From NCBI GenBank assembly GCA_017436645.1, contig JAFSCR010000030.1:10083-74082 (forward strand): 64,000 bases of DNA. The letters are read 5' to 3'. The notes under the pieces are model-generated. The model was not told where the DNA came from, searched no databases, and saw only the letters and a program-made list of their open reading frames with translations. The DNA comes from Clostridia bacterium. GTDB taxonomy: Bacteria > Bacillota > Clostridia > UMGS1883 > UMGS1540. Below are positions 8,874 through 18,669 of the stretch, in pieces (positions within the stretch are counted from its first letter, which is position 1; each line of letters opens with the position of its first letter). A program made the position numbers and the translations under genes.

Positions 8874-11225
8874 ATGGATACACTGAAAACATTGGAGTTT
8901 TATAAAATTCGCACGGCGCTTATGGCGGAGGCCGTTGTACCGGCGGCAAGAGAGGCACTTAATGCACTTTTGCCTTCTGCCGATACGGATACGGTCCGTA
9001 CCCTTCTTTCCGAAACGAGCGAAAGCAGAGCGTATACGGCAAAACACGGTACGCCGCCCATTTCCGCCATTTCGGAGGTGCACGGTGCGATCAAAAGAAG
9101 CCGTGTGGGTGCAACCCTTTCCATGGGAGAACTTAAAAATATCGCAGGCGTACTGCGTATGGCAGGGCAGCTGATTCGTTATGCGGATACGGAAGATTTT
9201 AACGTGCAGTATCCGGCTTTGGCGGCCCATTTTTTACGTCTTTCTGCATTTCATGATTTGGCACGGCGCCTTTCCGATGCCATTATCGACGAAAACACCA
9301 TGGACAGCGGCGCTTCTCCCGCCCTTTCCGTTATTCGCCGAAAAATTGCCGGCACTACGGAGAAAATCCGTGATATTCTCGATGAAATCATCAGAAGCCA
9401 GACGTATGCAAAGGTACTGCAGGAACAGCTCGTTACCATGCGTGCCGGCAGATACGTGGTGCCTGTTCGTGCAGAGATGCGAACATCCCTCCCCGGCGTT
9501 GTGCATGACACGAGCCAGACGGGGTCTACCCTTTTCGTAGAACCCATGCGGGTAGTGGAGGCCAATAACGCCCTTCATAAACTGCATGCCGAGGAGAAGG
9601 AAGAAATCCAGCGTATTCTGGCGGCCTTTTCCGAGGAAGTGGCAGCCATTGCTGATGAAATTCTGGAAAACTATGATGCCATCTGGCATCTTGACGTCAT
9701 TTTTGCAAAAGGACGGTATGGGGACCGCCTGGGCGCAGTTTGCCCTATAGTCCGTGCGGACGGCGGCGTGGAAATTTTAAGAGGCCGTCATCCCCTTTTA
9801 AACCCGAAGACGGTAGTGCCCATTGATATTTCCATCGGCACGGATTTTGACACCCTCGTCATCACCGGCCCCAACACAGGCGGCAAGACCGTTTCTCTCA
9901 AAACCTTAGGCCTTTTCGTCCTCATGGCGGCGGCAGGGCTTCACATTCCGGCGGCGGACGGTTCTTCCGTTTCCGTCTTCACCTATGTGTTTGCAGATAT
10001 CGGTGACGAGCAGAGTATTGAACAGTCCCTGTCCACCTTCTCGTCCCACCTTGTCAATATTATTGAAATTCTCCGCCTTTCCGGCGCACGTACGCTGGCC
10101 CTTTTCGACGAACTCGGTGCCGGCACGGACCCCACAGAAGGCGCAGCCCTCGCCCGTGCAGTCCTTTCTGAAATGCAGCGGAAAGGTGCCAAAACCGTGG
10201 CAACCACCCATTACAGCGAAATAAAACTTTATGCCCTTGAAACGGACGGGGTGGAAAATGCCGCTTGCGCCTTTGACGTAGAGACCCTTCGCCCTACATA
10301 CAGGCTCGAAGTGGGGGCGCTGGGGCAGAGTAATGCCTTTGCCATTGCATCTCGCCTTGGAATGCCGGAGGAAATTATTCAAAATGCAAAAGAATTTGTA
10401 ACGGCAGAAAACACACGGTTTGAAGACGTGATTCGTTCTCTCGAAAGTCAGCGCACCCGCCTTCGGGAAGAAAGAGAAACGGCGGCGGAGGACAGAAAAC
10501 GTGCAAGTGCCCTAAAAGAACGCCTTTCTAAGGATGCGGAAACCACCGAGGCAAGACGGCAGAAAATTTTAGAAGATGCCCGAAAAGAAGCACGGCAGAT
10601 GCTGCGGGATGCAAAGGCTGAAATTGATGCCCAGATTAAAGAAGCACAGGCGGCAGAAAACAAAAAAGCCGCCCTTGAAAAAGCACGGCAGAAGGTAACG
10701 AAAAAGCTGGATGCCGTTTCCGGGGAGCTTTCAAAAGATGCGGTTCGCCCTGCAAAGGTGGCAATCAAAAAAGAAGATATTAAAGAAGGCACACCGCTTT
10801 ATCTTGATGCCATGGGGCAGCGAGGCGTAGCCCTTCGTGCGCCCGATAAGGACGGCAACGTGGAAGTGCAGGTCGGCTTTATGAAAGTTAAAACCCATGT
10901 TTCCACCGTTTCTGCGGCGCCGCCCGAGAAAAAACCCAAGGTGAAAACGGCGGCGGTAGCAAGACGAAGTGACTCCTCCGGCGCCAAAACGGAGGTGGAC
11001 CTTCGTGGTATGACCCTCGATGAGGCAGAGCTTGTAGCCGAAAAGTTTATTGATGATGCCGTGTTATCTCATCTTGAAACCGTCACCATTATTCACGGCA
11101 AAGGCACAGGCGTTCTTCGAAGCGGTATTCACAGAATGCTTAAAACAAATAAATCGGTGAAGTTTTTCCGCCTTGGCGTTTATGGCGAAGGGGAAGACGG
11201 GGTCACCATTGTAACGCTTAAATAA
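8874..11225 (+). CDS. mutS2: endonuclease MutS2 (MutS domain V ATPase plus a C-terminal Smr domain)
   Basis: Walker A GPNTGGKTV, a KOW-like linker and a C-terminal Smr domain (DLRGMTLDEAE...HGKGTGVLR) are present across 783 aa. Confidence 0.95.
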   Translation: MDTLKTLEFYKIRTALMAEAVVPAAREALNALLPSADTDTVRTLLSETSESRAYTAKHGTPPISAISEVHGAIKRSRVGATLSMGELKNIAGVLRMAGQLIRYADTEDFNVQYPALAAHFLRLSAFHDLARRLSDAIIDENTMDSGASPALSVIRRKIAGTTEKIRDILDEIIRSQTYAKVLQEQLVTMRAGRYVVPVRAEMRTSLPGVVHDTSQTGSTLFVEPMRVVEANNALHKLHAEEKEEIQRILAAFSEEVAAIADEILENYDAIWHLDVIFAKGRYGDRLGAVCPIVRADGGVEILRGRHPLLNPKTVVPIDISIGTDFDTLVITGPNTGGKTVSLKTLGLFVLMAAAGLHIPAADGSSVSVFTYVFADIGDEQSIEQSLSTFSSHLVNIIEILRLSGARTLALFDELGAGTDPTEGAALARAVLSEMQRKGAKTVATTHYSEIKLYALETDGVENAACAFDVETLRPTYRLEVGALGQSNAFAIASRLGMPEEIIQNAKEFVTAENTRFEDVIRSLESQRTRLREERETAAEDRKRASALKERLSKDAETTEARRQKILEDARKEARQMLRDAKAEIDAQIKEAQAAENKKAALEKARQKVTKKLDAVSGELSKDAVRPAKVAIKKEDIKEGTPLYLDAMGQRGVALRAPDKDGNVEVQVGFMKVKTHVSTVSAAPPEKKPKVKTAAVARRSDSSGAKTEVDLRGMTLDEAELVAEKFIDDAVLSHLETVTIIHGKGTGVLRSGIHRMLKTNKSVKFFRLGVYGEGEDGVTIVTLK

Positions 11226-11237
11226 GGAGAGATAAAA

Positions 11238-11540
11238 ATGGTAAAACACGTAATTTTATGGACACTCAAGGCAGAATATACAGAAGCGGAAAAGAAAAGT
11301 ATTAAGACAGGCATAAAAGAAGGCCTTGAAGGTCTTATGGGCAAAATCCCGGGCCTTACCGAAATTAAGGTATATACGGAAGGCCTTCCCACCTCCAATG
11401 CAGATGTTATGCTGGATTCCACCTTTGAAAGTGCCGAAGCACTCGCCACTTACGCAAAACACCCCGACCACGTTGCCGTGGCAGACGGTAAGGTAAGACC
11501 ATATACAGCGACCCGCTCGTGCCTCGATTTTGAAATCTAG
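11238..11540 (+). CDS. Dabb-family stress-responsive alpha/beta-barrel protein
   Basis: The 100-aa product begins MVKHVILWTLK and ends with a PDHVAV motif, typical of the Dabb/YciI-like dimeric barrel. Confidence 0.65.
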   Translation: MVKHVILWTLKAEYTEAEKKSIKTGIKEGLEGLMGKIPGLTEIKVYTEGLPTSNADVMLDSTFESAEALATYAKHPDHVAVADGKVRPYTATRSCLDFEI

Positions 11541-11547
11541 TCTTTGT

Positions 11548-11590
11548 AATTTAAAAGGCAGAAACGAAATTCGTTTCTGCCTTTTTATTA
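11548..11590. terminator. bidirectional rho-independent terminator
   Basis: The hairpin ggcagaaacgaaattcgtttctgcc is flanked by A- and T-runs. It lies between the convergent Dabb and aroQ genes. Confidence 0.6.
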
Positions 11591-12013
11591 TCTCTTTACT
11601 AAGTACTCCATCGCCTTCTTGTATCCTTCAAACCCAAGACCCATATAGGTCTTTTCGCAGGCTGAGCGGACGAAGGAGATTTGCCGGAAATCCTCTCTTT
11701 TTGTAACGTCCGACAGGTGAACTTCCACCGTGGGAATGGCAACGGATTTTAAGGCATCCAAAATGGCAACGGAAGTATGGGTATAGGCGGCAGGGTTTAT
11801 GACGATGCCGTCTTTTTCCCCGTAAGCTTCCTGGATTTTCGTGACAATATCGCCTTCGTAGTTTGACTGATACACTTCGGCTTCAACGCCAAGGTCTTTT
11901 GCGGTTTTTTCAATAAAGGCAACAAGGTCCCCGTATGTTTCTTTTCCGTAAATGTTCGGCTCCCGTATGCCCAGCATGTTGAGATTCGGGCCGTTAATGA
12001 CAAGAATTTTCAT
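11588..12013 (-). CDS. aroQ: 3-dehydroquinate dehydratase, type II
   Basis: MKILVINGPNLNMLGIREPNIYG is the canonical type II DHQase N-terminus. The start at 12013 overlaps the end of aroE-aroK. Confidence 0.9.
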   Translation of the reverse strand: MKILVINGPNLNMLGIREPNIYGKETYGDLVAFIEKTAKDLGVEAEVYQSNYEGDIVTKIQEAYGEKDGIVINPAAYTHTSVAILDALKSVAIPTVEVHLSDVTKREDFRQISFVRSACEKTYMGLGFEGYKKAMEYLVKR

Positions 12014-13229
12014 AAATGGAAAGCACCCTTTCTGCGATATCTTCTGTTTCAAACCGGTTTTCTACCGTAAAATCGGCAAACCTTTCGTAAAGGGGCCGAC
12101 GGATTTCATACATTTGATGAAGGTCGGCTTTTTCCGACAGGGGCCTGCCGTCCCGTGGAAGCGTTTCAATATCCCGCTTTATCCAAAAGATTACGCCGTT
12201 TTGGTGAAGGAGGGGATAGTTTTCTTCCCTTGTGATGCATCCGCCGCCTGTGGCGAGCACAAGGCCTGACTGCATCCCTAAAGTGGTGAGCACTTCCGTC
12301 TCAATTTTGCGAAAGCCCGCTTCGCCGCTTTCTTTAAAGATTTCAGGGATGGAACAGCCGGCTTTTTCGCAAATTGCCTCATCCGCATCCATAAATTTTC
12401 TGCCCGTTATTTCGGCAAGCTTTTTCCCGAGGGTAGATTTCCCCGAGCCGGGCATCCCGATCAGTACAATATTTTTCTGCTTCATGGAAAGGGAAGCGGT
12501 TACGCTGTCAATGACGGAAAAGGGTAACGCCTTGCCGCCAAAATATTCTGCACTTTCCTTGGCCTGGGCTACCAGCATGGTAAGGCCGTTTGCATGGGGA
12601 ATGCCTAAGTTTTCCGCTTCCAGCAGGAGCGCCGTTTTGTAAGGGTTATAAATTAAATCCAGCACCCCTTCGCATTTTTTAAAATCCGAAAGGACAATGG
12701 GGGACGCACCGGGGTGGGGATACATGCCCACGGGCGTTGTGTTTACAATGACTTCCGCATCCCCGTGGCGGCTTATGTTTTCGTAATTATTCTCGCCACT
12801 TCTTGAAATGACGATAACTTCGCCGGCACCCATATCCCGCAGTACGGCACAAACGGTAACCGAAGCACCGCCGCTACCCAAAACAAGCACCTTTTTGCCT
12901 TTTGGTATAATGCCGCTTTTTTCTACCATATAGGAAAAACCGAAATAGTCCGTGTTGTGGCCGAAAAGCGTGCCGTCCTCCCGTTTTACCACCGTGTTGA
13001 CGCTGCCGAGGCGCTTTGCCGAGTCAGAAAGTTCGTCCATAAACGGCACCACGGTTTTTTTGTAGGGAATGGTAACGTTTATGCCGTCAAAAGGCTTATT
13101 TTGCATAAAGGATTCCACTTCGTCCTTATCTTTTTCAAAAAGGTCGTAGCTGTAATCACCGAGGCAGGAATGAATCTGGGGAGAAAAACTGTGAGAAAGC
13201 TTTTCTCCCAAAAGTCCGCACTTTTTCAT
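11994..13229 (-). CDS. aroE: bifunctional shikimate dehydrogenase (N-terminal) / shikimate kinase (C-terminal) fusion
   Basis: The N-terminal half carries NVTIPYK, GHNTD and VLGSGGAS (AroE). The C-terminal half carries the NIVLIGMPGSGKST P-loop and the shikimate kinase fold (AroK). Confidence 0.9.
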   Translation of the reverse strand: MKKCGLLGEKLSHSFSPQIHSCLGDYSYDLFEKDKDEVESFMQNKPFDGINVTIPYKKTVVPFMDELSDSAKRLGSVNTVVKREDGTLFGHNTDYFGFSYMVEKSGIIPKGKKVLVLGSGGASVTVCAVLRDMGAGEVIVISRSGENNYENISRHGDAEVIVNTTPVGMYPHPGASPIVLSDFKKCEGVLDLIYNPYKTALLLEAENLGIPHANGLTMLVAQAKESAEYFGGKALPFSVIDSVTASLSMKQKNIVLIGMPGSGKSTLGKKLAEITGRKFMDADEAICEKAGCSIPEIFKESGEAGFRKIETEVLTTLGMQSGLVLATGGGCITREENYPLLHQNGVIFWIKRDIETLPRDGRPLSEKADLHQMYEIRRPLYERFADFTVENRFETEDIAERVLSIYENSCH

Positions 13230-13231
13230 GA

Positions 13232-14386
13232 TTACACCATTTCCGTGTAACTGCCGAGATAACGGAAATCTTCGCTGATTTTATCCAGCTCGCAAATAAG
13301 CTGCACGAAGGCCTCGGAATATACGCTTGTCTCTAAATCAAAGTAGAACATAAATTCAAAATTGCGGTTCGGCATGGGACGGCTTTCCAGTTTAATAAGG
13401 TTTATGCCAATGGTATAAAGCCGAGCCAGCACCTTATAAAGTGCACCGGGTCTGTGGGGGAGAATCATCATGATACTCGTTTTGTCAGCACCCGGATAAA
13501 TTTCCAGCTTTCTCGAAATGCAGATAAAGCGGGTATAGTTGTTATCGGAATTCTGTGCTGCTTCCGCAAGACAGCGCAGACCGTAAAGGGAAGCACAGTA
13601 ACGGGAGCTTAAGGCCGCTACATCTCTTCTGTCAGACTCGGCAACCATTTTTGCCGCCAGCGCCGTATTTTCCACCGCTGTCACTTTCACATCGGGACCG
13701 AGGGAGGAGATAAAGTCAGCACACTGGCGGATTGCCTGCTCGTGGGTGTAAATTTCACGGATTTCCGAAAGGTCCACCCCTTCTTTTGCGAGAAGGTTAT
13801 GGTCAACTTTAATGCGAACACTTTTTACAATATAGAAATTATGTTCGAGCATCAGGTCATACACTTTATTTACAGAACCTGCCGTGCTGTTTTCAATGGG
13901 CAGAACACCATAGCGGCAAAGGCCCTTTTCAATGGCGGAGAAAACCTTATCAAAGGTGTCAAAATACATAATGTTGGCACCGGAGAACATTCTGTCGCAG
14001 GCAATCTGGGAATAAGCACCGTCCACGCCTTGACAGGCAATCATGGCGTTTTGGGGAAATTCCATGTTGGTGTTTTCGGCGATGGCATCGGCAATGGTTT
14101 TGTGCAGTTCGTTTTCCGTGTCCAGCACCTTTTCCTGATAGGAACGGCTCAGTTCAAAGAGAAGGGAATATAAAGCGCCTGTATAAGAGGCAAACTTTTC
14201 TTCGGATTTTGCCTGTACGTCCGCAAGCTTTGCACGCTCACGGGCAGCGTCCAGAACTGGAAGCCCGTTTTCCTTTTTAAACGATGCAATCTTTCCGGCA
14301 ACTTCCATTCTTTCGCCGAAAAGACGGACGAGCTCGTCATCAATGCGGTTAATTTCGTCACGATAGGTATGCAGATTGTTTTCCAT
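13232..14386 (-). CDS. pheA: bifunctional chorismate mutase / prephenate dehydratase (P-protein) with a C-terminal ACT domain
   Basis: An N-terminal CM domain (RDEINRIDDELVRLFGERMEV) precedes a PDT domain and an ACT domain (ESRPMPNRNFEFMFYFDLE). The start is chosen at the second ATG, which has a GGAGAA RBS; an alternative ATG lies at 14401. Confidence 0.88.
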   Translation of the reverse strand: MENNLHTYRDEINRIDDELVRLFGERMEVAGKIASFKKENGLPVLDAARERAKLADVQAKSEEKFASYTGALYSLLFELSRSYQEKVLDTENELHKTIADAIAENTNMEFPQNAMIACQGVDGAYSQIACDRMFSGANIMYFDTFDKVFSAIEKGLCRYGVLPIENSTAGSVNKVYDLMLEHNFYIVKSVRIKVDHNLLAKEGVDLSEIREIYTHEQAIRQCADFISSLGPDVKVTAVENTALAAKMVAESDRRDVAALSSRYCASLYGLRCLAEAAQNSDNNYTRFICISRKLEIYPGADKTSIMMILPHRPGALYKVLARLYTIGINLIKLESRPMPNRNFEFMFYFDLETSVYSEAFVQLICELDKISEDFRYLGSYTEMV

Positions 14387-14390
14387 TTTT

Positions 14391-15493
14391 TTATTCTCCA
14401 TTTTTCCAAATCATTTCGTGGTCAAAAAGTGTATCTAAAAGCACCAGCGCCGTCACAGCTTCCATGACGGGCACGGCACGGGGGACGATGCAAGGGTCGT
14501 GTCTGCCGTGGACGGAAACGGGCGTTTCCGTTTTTTTCGAAAGGCTGATGCTCTTTTGTTCTTTACCGATAGATGGTGTGGGCTTTATGCCGACTCGGTA
14601 GACAAACGGCATGCCTGTGGTAATCCCGCCTAAAGTCCCGCCACACCGATTGGTTTCCGTTTTTGCGGTGCCGTTTTCATATAGAAAGGCATCGTTATTT
14701 TCGCTGCCGTAAAGAAGCGTCGCCTCAAAGCCGTTGCCAAATTCAATTCCCCGGATGGCAGGAATGCCGAAAACGGCATGGGCCATTTTGCCTTCCAGAC
14801 GGGAAAACATAGGCGAGCCAAGCCCGGCAGGAAGACCCATGGCACTAACTTCGATTATGCCACCGACGGAATCGGCTTCCTCTCGTGCCTTGTCGATTTC
14901 TGCCTGCATTTTTTCACCGGCATCATCGTCAAATGCGGGGAACGGTTTTCCGGCAACAGAGCGAAGGGCAGGCAGGTCGCTTTCTCTATAGCATGGAGCC
15001 TTGCCTTCCACACCGTGAACCGAGCGGATATGGGCAAAGACCTCGATGCCTTTTTCTTTCAGCATCTGGAGAGCGATGCCGCCGGCTATCGCAATGGGCG
15101 CGGTCAGCCGACCGGAAAAGTGGCCGCCGCCACGCATATCGGCATAACCGCCGTATTTGATTTCCGCCGTAAGATCCGCATGGCCGGGGCGGGGAATGTC
15201 AAGGTGGGCGTTATAATCGGCACTTCTTGTGTTGGTGTTTTGGATGATGGCCATAATGGGACTGCCTGTCGTTACATTTTCATAAACACCGGATAAAAAC
15301 AGGGGCGCATCTCCTTCTTTTCGGGGCGTGGAGAAACGGTTTTGCCCCGGTGCACGGCGCTTAAAAAAGCGGAAAGTGCTTCCATATCAATGGTAAAGCC
15401 TGCAGGAATGCCGGAAAGAATCATGCCGATGGCGTCGCCGTGAGATTCTCCTGCAATGGAAAACTTGATGTTTTTGCCGAGCGTATTACTCAT
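14391..15493 (-). pseudogene. aroC: chorismate synthase interrupted by a +1 frameshift in an A6/T6 homopolymer (15363-15368), or a sequencing error at that homopolymer
   Basis: The N-terminal 73 aa (15272-15493, MSNTLGKNIKFSIAGESHGDAIGMILSGIPAG) and the C-terminal 287 aa (14391-15254) are in different frames. Removing one T from gcttttttaagc restores ...[46 protein letters not shown]..., a canonical AroC sequence. Confidence 0.8.
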
Positions 15494-16764
15494 TTTAGGT
15501 CTCTCCTTTCAATACTGCCGCCGAGGAGGGAAAAGTGTTCCCAGAACTTCGGATAGGACTTCATAACAGCCTCTGCGCCCTGTACGGTGACGGGGCCTGT
15601 GCATAAAATGGAGGCAATGGCAGCGCTCATGGCAATGCGGTGGTCGCCTGCGCTTTGTGCGGTGCCGCCGGAAAGGGGTGTGCCGCCACGGACGATAAGG
15701 CCGTCGTCCGTCTGAAGGACTTTGCCGCCTAAGGCGGTGAGCATATCACAAACAGTCAGGAGTCGGTCGCTTTCCTTAAGGCGCAGCCGCTCGGCACCGT
15801 AAATTTTCGTTTCGCCTTCTGCCGCTGCGGCAAGAACGGCTAAAATCGGTACAAGGTCGGGAATTTGCGAAGCATCAATTTCCATGCCATGCATATTCCC
15901 TTTTGAAACCGAAACAGCGTCCCCGTTACATTCTACCTTTGCACCAAACTGCTTTAAAAGGCTTACAATCGCTTTGTCGCCCTGCAAGGAAGCGTGGTTT
16001 ACGCCAAAAAGGGTAATCCCGCCTCCCAAAGCACCGGCAACGAGCCAGAAGGCGGCATTGGACCAGTCGCCCTCGACCTTAAGAGGCGTTTTTTCAGGAT
16101 AGGACGGGCGCTGATTGCCCGAAATAGAATATGTAGAATCTTTATAAGTAAAGTCAATTTGAAACTGCCGGATGGCTTCCTCTGTCATAGCAATATACTG
16201 TGCCGATTCTGTTTTGCCCGTAAGACGGAGCGTGCTTTCGCCCGAAAGAAGGGGCAGGGCAAAAAGGAGACCGGAAATAAACTGGGATGAGATATTGCCG
16301 GGGAGGGTATAGGTGCCGCTACGGAGTTTTCCACCGCAGGAAATGGTGTTTTCGTTTTCCCAAGAGAGGGTCATGCCACCGCGCACAAGTTCTTCCCAAA
16401 GGGGAGAGAGGGGGCGGCTCGGGAGCCTTCCCGAAAGCTTCAGCTTGGCCTCTGCACCAAGGGCACCCACGACGGGGAGAATGAAGCGGAGGGTAGAACC
16501 GCTTTCGCCACAGTCCAGTATGGGGCTTTTGGGCACCGTTTTTATGGGCGAGACGGAAAAACCGTCCGCTGTTTTTACAATCTTTGCGCCAAGGGAAATG
16601 AGGCAACGTACCGTTGCATCAATATCTTCAGAAGATTCGTTTATCAGTAAATTTACAGGTGCATCGGAAAGGGCGGCACAGATGAGAAGACGATGCGCCC
16701 GGGATTTGGATGCGATACATGTAATTTTTCCCCCAAGACTTTGGGGAGAAATTATGATTTCCAT
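15490..16764 (-). CDS. aroA: 3-phosphoshikimate 1-carboxyvinyltransferase (EPSP synthase)
   Basis: The 424-aa product has the EPSPS fold signatures (LGNSGTT-like, RPL...) and overlaps aroC by 4 nt. Confidence 0.95.
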   Translation of the reverse strand: MEIIISPQSLGGKITCIASKSRAHRLLICAALSDAPVNLLINESSEDIDATVRCLISLGAKIVKTADGFSVSPIKTVPKSPILDCGESGSTLRFILPVVGALGAEAKLKLSGRLPSRPLSPLWEELVRGGMTLSWENENTISCGGKLRSGTYTLPGNISSQFISGLLFALPLLSGESTLRLTGKTESAQYIAMTEEAIRQFQIDFTYKDSTYSISGNQRPSYPEKTPLKVEGDWSNAAFWLVAGALGGGITLFGVNHASLQGDKAIVSLLKQFGAKVECNGDAVSVSKGNMHGMEIDASQIPDLVPILAVLAAAAEGETKIYGAERLRLKESDRLLTVCDMLTALGGKVLQTDDGLIVRGGTPLSGGTAQSAGDHRIAMSAAIASILCTGPVTVQGAEAVMKSYPKFWEHFSLLGGSIERRDLK

Positions 16765-16774
16765 AGTAAGCTCC

Positions 16775-17830
16775 TTATATAACGGCGGATTCTAAAAAGG
16801 AAAGAAGGGAATCCGTTGATTTTTTGAGAAGTGTGCATTTGCCGATTTCGGAGGGAATTACAACGGTTAAACTGTCACCGCTTCGTTTTTTATCGGAAAG
16901 CATGATGCCATATAGGTCTTTTGCCGAATAGTCTGTTTCCAGGGGAAGGGAAAAGGCTTTTAGCACAGCTTCAATTTCGTCCGGCACTTCCTCCTCGCAA
17001 AGGGAGGCGGCAAGGGCACTTTTTGCCATAAGCATCATGCCGATGGAAACAGCCCGACCGTGAGAAAGGGAAAAATTACTCATTTTTTCCACGGCGTGGC
17101 CGAAGGTGTGGCCGAAATTCAGGAGCATCCGCTGTCCTGATTCAAACTCGTCCGCACGGACAATTTCGCTTTTCATTTCGATACATTTGGCGATTACCCA
17201 TGTGCGGTCGAAGTTCTCTCCCTTTTCCTTCAGGTGCATAAAAAGGTCACGGCTTCCGAGTACGCCGTATTTAATCACTTCTGCCGAGCCGTCCCTGAAA
17301 ATATCCTGCGGTAGTGTATTCAAAACAGCAGGGTCGCAGAGAACCATTTTCGGCTGGTAAAATGCACCTGCCAGATTTTTTCCTGCTCGCAGGTCAATGG
17401 CGGTTTTGCCGCCAACGGAAGAATCCACCATGGCAAGAAGGGTGGTGGGAATTTGCACAAAGGAAATGCCTCTTAAATATGTTGCCGCCGCAAACCCTGC
17501 CATGTCACCCACAACACCGCCGCCGAGGGCGATAATAAGGTCACTTCTCGTCAGATGGTTTTCGGCTAAAAATTCAAGTATTTCGATATAGGTTTCGGCG
17601 CTTTTGGACTGTTCGCCATGGGGAAAAACAAATTTTACCGTGCGGATGCCTTCTTTTAAAAGAGAAGCCTCCAAAACTGTGCTGTATAGGGCGTTTACGG
17701 TGTCATCTGTTATGATGGCGGCGTAGTCGTTTTTGCAAAAAGGGGCAATATGGGTGCCTGCATCCGCAAGAATGCCGTTTTCGAGAAGGACATCATAAGG
17801 GCAGGATGCATCAACATGAATTTTTTTCAT
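16775..17830 (-). CDS. aroB: 3-dehydroquinate synthase
   Basis: GGGVVGDMAGFAAATYLRGISFVQIPTTLLAMVDSSVGGKTAIDL is the DHQS NAD/metal-binding core. Confidence 0.95.
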   Translation of the reverse strand: MKKIHVDASCPYDVLLENGILADAGTHIAPFCKNDYAAIITDDTVNALYSTVLEASLLKEGIRTVKFVFPHGEQSKSAETYIEILEFLAENHLTRSDLIIALGGGVVGDMAGFAAATYLRGISFVQIPTTLLAMVDSSVGGKTAIDLRAGKNLAGAFYQPKMVLCDPAVLNTLPQDIFRDGSAEVIKYGVLGSRDLFMHLKEKGENFDRTWVIAKCIEMKSEIVRADEFESGQRMLLNFGHTFGHAVEKMSNFSLSHGRAVSIGMMLMAKSALAASLCEEEVPDEIEAVLKAFSLPLETDYSAKDLYGIMLSDKKRSGDSLTVVIPSEIGKCTLLKKSTDSLLSFLESAVI

Positions 17831-18657
17831 CCGTCAATTTCTCCTTTCATGCGGCGGCCGTCCTCTAAAAGGGCACGGAGCGTTTGGGCATCGTCACGCT
17901 CCATGGCGTCACGGTATTCGGAAAGGCGTTCGATTATGCCGCTAAGTTCCTTTAAAAGGTGGGTTTTGTTTTCTAAAAACAGCTCCGTCCACATATCGGG
18001 GTTCAGCCATGCAACACGGGTTAAGTCCTTGTAACTTCCGGCGGAAAGACCTTTATGGTTCTTGGCACCGGGGGACTTAATGTATGCATTGGAAACGACG
18101 TGGGCAAGCTGGGAGGTGAAAGCAATCATTTCGTCGTGCTTGTCTGCATCCGTGACGGAAAAAGAGCCAAAGCCTAAAGGCGAAAGAACGGATTTGATAT
18201 GTTCGAAAAGCTCTATATCGTCATAGACAGGCGGAACAATTACCATAGGCGCACCGACGAACATATCGCTTCGGCTGTATTTAAATCCCGAATGATGGGT
18301 GCCTGCCATGGGATGACCGCCTACGAAAATAAAACCGTGTTCTTTGGAAAGGGCGAAACCGGCTTCGCAGATTCCCTTTTTCGTGCCGCAAAAATCAATG
18401 ACGAATTTGCCTTTCGGAAAAAGAGCAGCGTTTTCATGTAGATATGCAATAGAAGCTTTGGGATAAAGGCAGAGAAGCACAAGGTCGCATTCTCCCAGCG
18501 CCTCGCTCGTCAGCACACCGTCTGCGGCGCCGCAAAGGATGGCGTAGTCCAGCATGACCTTATCTTTATCATATGCCAAAACAGTATGGCCTGCTTCCTT
18601 ATATGCTCTTGCGGCACTGCCGCCGATAAGGCCAAGCCCTAAAATACCGACTTGCAT
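17827..18657 (-). CDS. tyrA: prephenate dehydrogenase
   Basis: An N-terminal Rossmann motif GILGLGLIGGS and the PDH fold are present. It overlaps aroB by 4 nt. Confidence 0.9.
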   Translation of the reverse strand: MQVGILGLGLIGGSAARAYKEAGHTVLAYDKDKVMLDYAILCGAADGVLTSEALGECDLVLLCLYPKASIAYLHENAALFPKGKFVIDFCGTKKGICEAGFALSKEHGFIFVGGHPMAGTHHSGFKYSRSDMFVGAPMVIVPPVYDDIELFEHIKSVLSPLGFGSFSVTDADKHDEMIAFTSQLAHVVSNAYIKSPGAKNHKGLSAGSYKDLTRVAWLNPDMWTELFLENKTHLLKELSGIIERLSEYRDAMERDDAQTLRALLEDGRRMKGEIDG

Positions 18658-18669
18658 TTTAATCGCTCC

